Positions 8,101 through 12,109 of a DNA stretch of 12,109 bases are shown here, piece after piece. The position numbers and the translations under genes were made by a program. The notes under the pieces were generated by a model. The model was not told the origin of the DNA. It saw only the letters and a list, made by a program, of their open reading frames with translations, and did not search any database. Numbering within the stretch: the stretch's first letter is position 1; the number at the start of each line of letters is the position of its first letter. This DNA comes from Polyangiaceae bacterium (GTDB taxonomy: Bacteria > Myxococcota_A > Polyangia > Polyangiales > Polyangiaceae): NCBI GenBank assembly GCA_044222475.1, contig JBGANF010000191.1, positions 1 through 12,109 of the forward strand, in the 5' to 3' direction.

Positions 8101-8559
8101 GGGCACCGGGTGCTCGTCTTCAGCCAGTTCGTGAGCATGCTCACGATCATTCGTCGAGCCATGGAGGACGACGGCGTCCGGTACGAGTACCTCGACGGCT
8201 CCACGAAGGACCGGCAAGCCGCGGTCGAGAACTTCCAGCGCGACGACGGTCCGCCGGTGTTCCTCATCTCGCTCAAGGCCGGAGGCAGCGGTCTCAACCT
8301 CACCGCGGCCGACACGGTCATTCACTTCGACCCGTGGTGGAACCCGGCGGTCGAGGATCAGGCGACCGACCGCGCGCACCGCATCGGTCAGACCAAGGTC
8401 GTCACGATGTACCGGCTCATCGCGAAGGGCACGATCGAGGAGAAGATCCTCGAGCTCGGCGGCAAGAAGCGCGAGCTCGTCGGCGCGGTGCTCAGCGAGG
8501 ATGCGGGCGGAGCGAAGAAGCTCACGAAGCAGGACCTCGAAGATCTCTTCAAGGACTGA
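5182..8559 (+). CDS. SWIM zinc finger-containing SNF2/SWI2-family ATPase (DEAQ helicase-like)
   Basis: SWIM motif CSCPAFSKINGHCKH. Helicase motifs are I LADDMGLGKT, II ILDEAQNIKN, III LSGTPIEN, IV LVFSQF, V SLKAGGSGLNLTAAD and VI QATDRAHRIGQ. The TTG start is bounded by an in-frame TGA at 5122. Confidence 0.95.
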   Translation: MATPFTEAVSTLNDRALRRLLGARAFLRGYDYVRRHAVDGIEIGDASARGMVRGTEPEPYQVEIQLAPNGITSTCSCPAFSKINGHCKHVAALLIAVRDKERPPRPPQQPQATPSAPGLTMGGVVGGGAYASSDGGGGGGGRRSRRARARALKQAQLAGVGPRPIDTGARSGVDAWLNEPMPPLPKQLEYRARLTNTGALSVAVFNAQERAQLSPTALLAPLSQAPTADRDALRLLARLEIEQGRRPWVDVRGEDACDLLALLKGRRVIVEPQMMELRFGDDALKPRFDLDLSQDGTQVVVKSSFMRTGDPRKFTTAQGAWFEGSPGWHVDPQEGFARPIDRRVSPASLRRLVLKPVITEPIEALPSLIAQGLPKVALEVGAELPELSQVADVVDLVPTFRLRAGGSLTEAHVALRAAYEDVEIEVRADGMTAPVIVKPPDAREGSPGTSPRAPKRARCIRTDIAAQQEAAGRLRALGLVPDEEGQGFIARGDEAIGFWTDGITTLPEDWDLFVPDDLVDVQVREERLGANVRVGSGVDWLSLRMSFESEGVAVTQEELGRCLAEGRRYVRLADGSFARLDPEKVREVLNRQAEILATAGGNGGKLPLSQAGRIEELLAQVNRATVAEGARDLFKKLKDIDEIKGAKKPRNLKAQLRPYQEQGFHWLWFLHEIGSGGVLADDMGLGKTVQTLALLLAVKAADEKSDDKKKKKFKALIVAPTSVVTNWLREIDKFAPSLTHALWHGGDRKERQDELDDADVVITSYALLRRDEELLAKLDLRYAILDEAQNIKNPLSATARAAKRLRADRRLALSGTPIENRLSEIWSIFDFVSPGLLGPLDKFEERYSRPIDAGDQKSAQRLRSTIHPFILRRTKSEVAKDLPEKIETDQFCELTGEGGALYQAVLHEVRSQVMGAVEKQGMSRAHIQILAGLTRLRQASCDPRLLGLPREFKDEDSGKLGALRELIQTSIAGGHRVLVFSQFVSMLTIIRRAMEDDGVRYEYLDGSTKDRQAAVENFQRDDGPPVFLISLKAGGSGLNLTAADTVIHFDPWWNPAVEDQATDRAHRIGQTKVVTMYRLIAKGTIEEKILELGGKKRELVGAVLSEDAGGAKKLTKQDLEDLFKD

Positions 8560-8566
8560 GGCGCGA

Positions 8567-9880
8567 TCAGTTCATCGAGTGGAGGACGTACCAGATGGTG
8601 CCGCCCGCCACCGCGATGAACACGAGGGCGATCAGCCACGCGCGCCGGCTCTCGGCGACGGCCGTCTCGACCTCGGCTTTGCGCTCCTTCGCGTCCTCTT
8701 CTTCTTTGGACGGGGGCGCGTACGGATCGGGGCGCTTGTCGGTGTGCGGCTCTTCCGCCGTCGTCGCGTCGGGCTTCTTGCGATCGTCGTCCGACGGGAC
8801 GCCGACGATCTCCGCGTTCTCCTCGGCGATGGCGGCCGGCGGACGGAAGGTCTCGCCGACGATCGGCTTCTCCGACGAGCGGACGTCCTCGAGGAACGTC
8901 GAGTAGCGCTGGCGGGCGTCCCCGAAGAGCTCCTCCATGAATTTCGCGACCGTCGCCGAGGTGACGACGCGGCCCTGCGACTGGGAGAACTCGTCGAGGG
9001 CCTTCGCCATCTCCTGCGCGTTCGTCCACCGGTCGTCTCGCGACTTCGCGAGCGCCTTCTTCAGGACGTCCCACAGACCGGGCGGATAGTCGGGGACGAT
9101 CTTCGCCGGATCGGGCACGCGCGCCTCCGACACGGCGGTCAGCGTCGACACGTTGTCTTTGCGCTTGAAGAGGCGGCGGTTCGTGGTGAGCTCGTAGATC
9201 GTCGTCCCGAGCGCGAAGATGTCGGCGCGGTGATCGAGGTCCTTCGAGGCGCGCGTCTGCTCCGGCGCCATGTAGGCGACCTTGCCCTTGAGCACGCCGA
9301 GGCCGGTCTCGGTGATCCGGTTCTTCGCCTTGGCGAGGCCGAAGTCGATGATCTTCACCTGGCCGTCGTAGGTGACGAAGAGGTTCGACGGGTTGATGTC
9401 GCGGTGGATGACGTTCTGGGGAACGCCGCTCGCGTCCTTCAGCTCGTGGGCGTGGAAGAGCCCCTCGGCGACGCGAGCGCCGATCCACGCGGCGATGTCG
9501 AACGGGATCGACTTTCCCCCTCGCTGCGCGACGTACCAGACGTCCCAGAGCGACTCCCCGAAGAGGAGCTCCATCGCGATGAAGAGTCGCTTGTTTCCGT
9601 CGGCCTCGTCCTCGCCGAGCTCGTGCACCTGGACGATGCTCGGGTGCGACAGCTTTGCCGCGATCCGGGCCTCGTCGAGGAACATGTTCGTGAAGCTCTT
9701 CTCCGACGAAAACTCCGGCTTGATGACCTTGATCGCGACGAGGCGCTCGAAGCCCGCCGGCCCGGCGAGGCGGCCGACGTAGATCGTCGCCATGCCCCCG
9801 TCCGCGAGCTTCGCTCGGATGTCGTACCGGCCGATCTTTGCCGGAAGGTCGCCGTCGCTTTCCGTCTCGGTCGTGGTCAC
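8567..9880 (-). CDS. Hanks-type Ser/Thr protein kinase with a single C-terminal TM helix
   Basis: Motifs LADGGMATIY, VAIK, FLDEA, HRDINPSN, DFG, YMAPEQ and DIFALG, plus TM WLIALVFIAVAGGTIWYVL. The start is uncertain (GTG 9880, 9892 or 9910). The longer track ORF to 10558 is antisense to terB. Confidence 0.92.
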   Translation of the reverse strand: MTTTETESDGDLPAKIGRYDIRAKLADGGMATIYVGRLAGPAGFERLVAIKVIKPEFSSEKSFTNMFLDEARIAAKLSHPSIVQVHELGEDEADGNKRLFIAMELLFGESLWDVWYVAQRGGKSIPFDIAAWIGARVAEGLFHAHELKDASGVPQNVIHRDINPSNLFVTYDGQVKIIDFGLAKAKNRITETGLGVLKGKVAYMAPEQTRASKDLDHRADIFALGTTIYELTTNRRLFKRKDNVSTLTAVSEARVPDPAKIVPDYPPGLWDVLKKALAKSRDDRWTNAQEMAKALDEFSQSQGRVVTSATVAKFMEELFGDARQRYSTFLEDVRSSEKPIVGETFRPPAAIAEENAEIVGVPSDDDRKKPDATTAEEPHTDKRPDPYAPPSKEEEDAKERKAEVETAVAESRRAWLIALVFIAVAGGTIWYVLHSMN

Positions 9881-9881
9881 G

Positions 9882-9903
9882 GTGGCACCCACGAAGGTGC
9901 CAC
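9882..9903. repeat. Perfect 8-bp inverted repeat at the start of the minus-strand kinase
   Basis: GTGGCACC-cacgaa-GGTGCCAC, read directly. Confidence 0.55.
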
Positions 9904-9952
9904 AACTCACGACGGTGCGGCGCTTTTTCAGCCGCAGCTCCGCCGAATGGGT

Positions 9953-9958
9953 TACCTT
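9953..9958 (+). promoter_or_regulatory. Putative -10 hexamer for a leaderless terB-like transcript
   Basis: TACCTT (TANNNT) lies 6 nt before ATG 9965 in a locally T-rich patch, with no Shine-Dalgarno. Confidence 0.45.
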
Positions 9959-9964
9959 TTTCGC

Positions 9965-10507
9965 ATGCTCTGGCTCTCCACCTCGACGATCGCGCGCCTT
10001 CGTGACCAACTCCAAGCTCGTGGCCAAAGGCCCAGCGTTGCCCTCCCGCCGGGGGTCAGCAGCGATGCCGCGGAGTCGCTGATGATCGTCGCCGAGTACG
10101 GTCCTCTGGCCGAGGCGATGTACCTGATGATGTCCGCCGACGGCGAGGTCAGCGGGGACGAGCGCGAGGTGCTCAAGGGCGCGCTCCGCAACCTCTCGGG
10201 GGACACCGTCCGCGGCGTCCACATCGAGTCGATGCTCGACTCCGCCGCCAAGGCGATCGCGAAGGACGGCCGCGACGCGCGCATGAAAGAGGTCATCGTC
10301 CAGCTCAACGAGGACCCGGCTCGCGCCGAGGTCGCCTTCGTGCTCGCCGCCGCCGTGGCCTTCGCCGACGACGCCATCGCCGACGAAGAGAACGAGACGC
10401 TCAACGCGTTCGCCGAGGGTCTCGGCATCGACGAGGCGCGCGCCAACGAGCTCCTCGACGCGGTCGACCAGGATCTGAAACAGGCGGAAGCCTCGGGCAC
10501 GGCGTGA
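9965..10507 (+). CDS. TerB-family (tellurite resistance TerB-like) helical protein
   Basis: This is the 3' part of track ORF 8501..10507. It has two copies of the TerB-type motif, MMSADGEVSGDEREVL and VAFADDAIADEENETLNAFAEGLGI. Length is 180 aa from ATG 9965 (alternative ATG 9947). Confidence 0.82.
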   Translation: MLWLSTSTIARLRDQLQARGQRPSVALPPGVSSDAAESLMIVAEYGPLAEAMYLMMSADGEVSGDEREVLKGALRNLSGDTVRGVHIESMLDSAAKAIAKDGRDARMKEVIVQLNEDPARAEVAFVLAAAVAFADDAIADEENETLNAFAEGLGIDEARANELLDAVDQDLKQAEASGTA

Positions 10508-10523
10508 AGGCGCAGCTCGCCTC

Positions 10524-12109
10524 ATGGCGCTGCAAGAGGATCCGACGCTCGGCCGCATCGGCGGCTACAAGCTCCTCCGTCGACTAGCGACCGGAGGAAC
10601 GAGCGACGTCTTGCTCGCCCGTGCGGAGGGCCCCCACGGCTTCGAGCGGACGGTAGTCCTCAAGCGGCTCCTCTCGGAGCACCGGCAGGATCCGGACTTC
10701 GCTCGCATGTTCACGCAGGAGGCGAACGCCTACGCGCGCCTGTCGCACCCCGCGGTGGTGAGACTGTTCGACTTCTTCACCAAGGACTCTCAGCTCATCA
10801 TGGTGATCGAGTACGTCGACGGGGTCGCGCTCTCGCGCCTCATGACGACGCTCCACCAGCGCGGCCAGCGACTCGACACCGGGTCGTGCCTCTTCATCGC
10901 GTCGCGTCTGTTCGACGCCCTCGCTGCCGCGCACGAAGCCAGAAACCCAGAGACCGGGGACCTGACGCCGGTCATCCATCGCGACGTCAACCCGTCGAAC
11001 ATCCTGCTCCCGTGGGACGGCCTCGCGAAGCTCGCCGACTTCGGCATCGCCAAGATCACCGGCGGCGCGTCCGAGAGCGGCGAGGTCGAGACGGTGACCG
11101 GGTTCATCAAAGGCACGTTCGGCTACATGGCGCCCGAGCAGGTGACCGGCGAGCGCGTCACGATCCGCACCGACGTCTACGCGGCGACCCTGGTTCTCTG
11201 GGAGCTCCTCGCGCATCGCAAGGCGATCCAGACCGACAAGCTCCCCGAGATGGAGGTCCTTCGCGCGATGGCGGAGCCGAAGCTCCCGTCGCTCGACGTC
11301 CTCCGCCCCGATCTCCCGGATTCGCTCCGCGAGGCGATCCGCCGCGGGCTCGAGCCGAACGCGGCGAAGCGATCGATCACCGCCGAAGAGATGGCCTCGG
11401 TCCTTCGCGATCACATGGACGCCGAGGACGCGCGCCAGAAGCTCGCCAACGCCCTCGAGACGCTTCGGCCCCGAGAGCGAGACGAGCTCGCCGAGACCGT
11501 CGTCCGCGACCTGGCCGAGACCACCACCGACGAGGTCCTCGCCGCCGACTTGACCGAGGTGACCGAGCGCGAGCCCGATCTCGAGACCGCGCGCAAGCGG
11601 CCCCCCGCGGTGCTGGCCCAGACGGGGACCGGCCCCACCGTGGTCGGCGGACCGAAGATGCAGACGCCGAGCGGCTTCCGTCCGGTGCACGGTCCGGCGT
11701 CGCCGCCGCCCCCGAATCCGTCGATCCCGGCCGAGGCGATCACGATGCCTCGCTCGGTCGATCCGCTGTTGCAGCAGGAGATCATGCCGCGGACCTCCTC
11801 CGAGTTTCCGACCGCGGTCAGCCCGGCGCCAGCGCCGCGACCTCCGGCTCCGCAGTTCCAGCGGACGCTCGCCGCTCCGCTCGCGCCGGTCGGCATGCCA
11901 CCATCGAGGCCTGCTCAGGCGGTCGTCGGTCCCGAATTGGGACAAACGGCCGCTCCGGTGACCCCTCCGATGGCCCCCGCACCACGACCGCCGGGGTTCG
12001 GCGGGACGCTCGCGATGGATCCTCCGCCGACGCCGATCGGGCCGCCTCCCGCGCCGCCGATCCGGCCTCCGACGCCGAGCCTCTCGGGCATGGGGACGTC
12101 GCCCTATCC
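10524..12109 (+). CDS. Hanks-type Ser/Thr protein kinase with long Pro/Thr-rich C-terminal region (3' end outside window)
   Basis: Not in the ORF track because it has no stop in the window. Manual translation from ATG 10524 gives MALQEDPTLGRIGGYKLLRRLATGGTSDV...VVLK...FTQEA...HRDVNPSN...ADFG...GTFGYMAPEQ, open to the window end. Confidence 0.93.
   Translation, partial: MALQEDPTLGRIGGYKLLRRLATGGTSDVLLARAEGPHGFERTVVLKRLLSEHRQDPDFARMFTQEANAYARLSHPAVVRLFDFFTKDSQLIMVIEYVDGVALSRLMTTLHQRGQRLDTGSCLFIASRLFDALAAAHEARNPETGDLTPVIHRDVNPSNILLPWDGLAKLADFGIAKITGGASESGEVETVTGFIKGTFGYMAPEQVTGERVTIRTDVYAATLVLWELLAHRKAIQTDKLPEMEVLRAMAEPKLPSLDVLRPDLPDSLREAIRRGLEPNAAKRSITAEEMASVLRDHMDAEDARQKLANALETLRPRERDELAETVVRDLAETTTDEVLAADLTEVTEREPDLETARKRPPAVLAQTGTGPTVVGGPKMQTPSGFRPVHGPASPPPPNPSIPAEAITMPRSVDPLLQQEIMPRTSSEFPTAVSPAPAPRPPAPQFQRTLAAPLAPVGMPPSRPAQAVVGPELGQTAAPVTPPMAPAPRPPGFGGTLAMDPPPTPIGPPPAPPIRPPTPSLSGMGTSPY

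Noticed and set aside
5056..8379. 1107-aa minus-strand ORF and the 921-aa plus-strand alternative-frame ORF (6141..8906)
   Set aside because: These are shadow ORFs of the SNF2 gene, expected in high-GC DNA. They are Arg/Ala/Gly-rich with no motifs.
5182..8559. Calling the SNF2 protein RapA/HepA, or a DISARM/Zorya-type defence helicase
   Set aside because: The SWIM N-terminus is not RapA architecture, and no methylase, nuclease or other cognate defence genes are adjacent.
8501..9946. Long N-terminal extension of the TerB-like ORF (668 aa)
   Set aside because: It is the antisense shadow of the kinase. Protein-like sequence begins at 9947/9965.
9893..10558. Long N-terminal extension of the minus-strand kinase (663-aa track ORF)
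   Set aside because: It is antisense to the TerB-like gene, and kinase similarity starts only near 9850.
1..12109. CRISPR array, tRNA/rRNA, IS or prophage, intrinsic terminators
   Set aside because: No repeat-spacer pattern, RNA gene motif, transposase or integrase, or GC stem followed by a U-tract was seen. Intergenic gaps are all under 150 nt.

Overview
Very GC-rich bacterial DNA. The gene families and kinase style suggest a myxobacterium, probably Polyangiales-like (inference). The window is densely coding, with ten genes and no RNA gene, mobile element or CRISPR array visible. A minus-strand cluster (4340 to <1) encodes an SctJ/YscJ-family type III secretion ring lipoprotein, an MlaF-like ABC ATPase, a PDZ-less trypsin-like lipoprotein protease, a 99-aa membrane protein and an MlaE permease that runs off the window. 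SctJ overlaps the ATPase by ATGA, and the ATPase lacks the switch His. On the plus strand follow a 2xCxxC membrane protein and a SWIM-SNF2 ATPase. The right end holds two divergent Ser/Thr kinases flanking a TerB-family gene; the second kinase runs off the window. The best candidate for an undescribed system is the lone T3SS ring protein coupled to an atypical Mla-type ABC cluster with a protease. Three genes also show a TANNNT hexamer 6-8 nt before the start codon, suggesting leaderless mRNAs. All calls come from reading motifs by eye; no searches were run.
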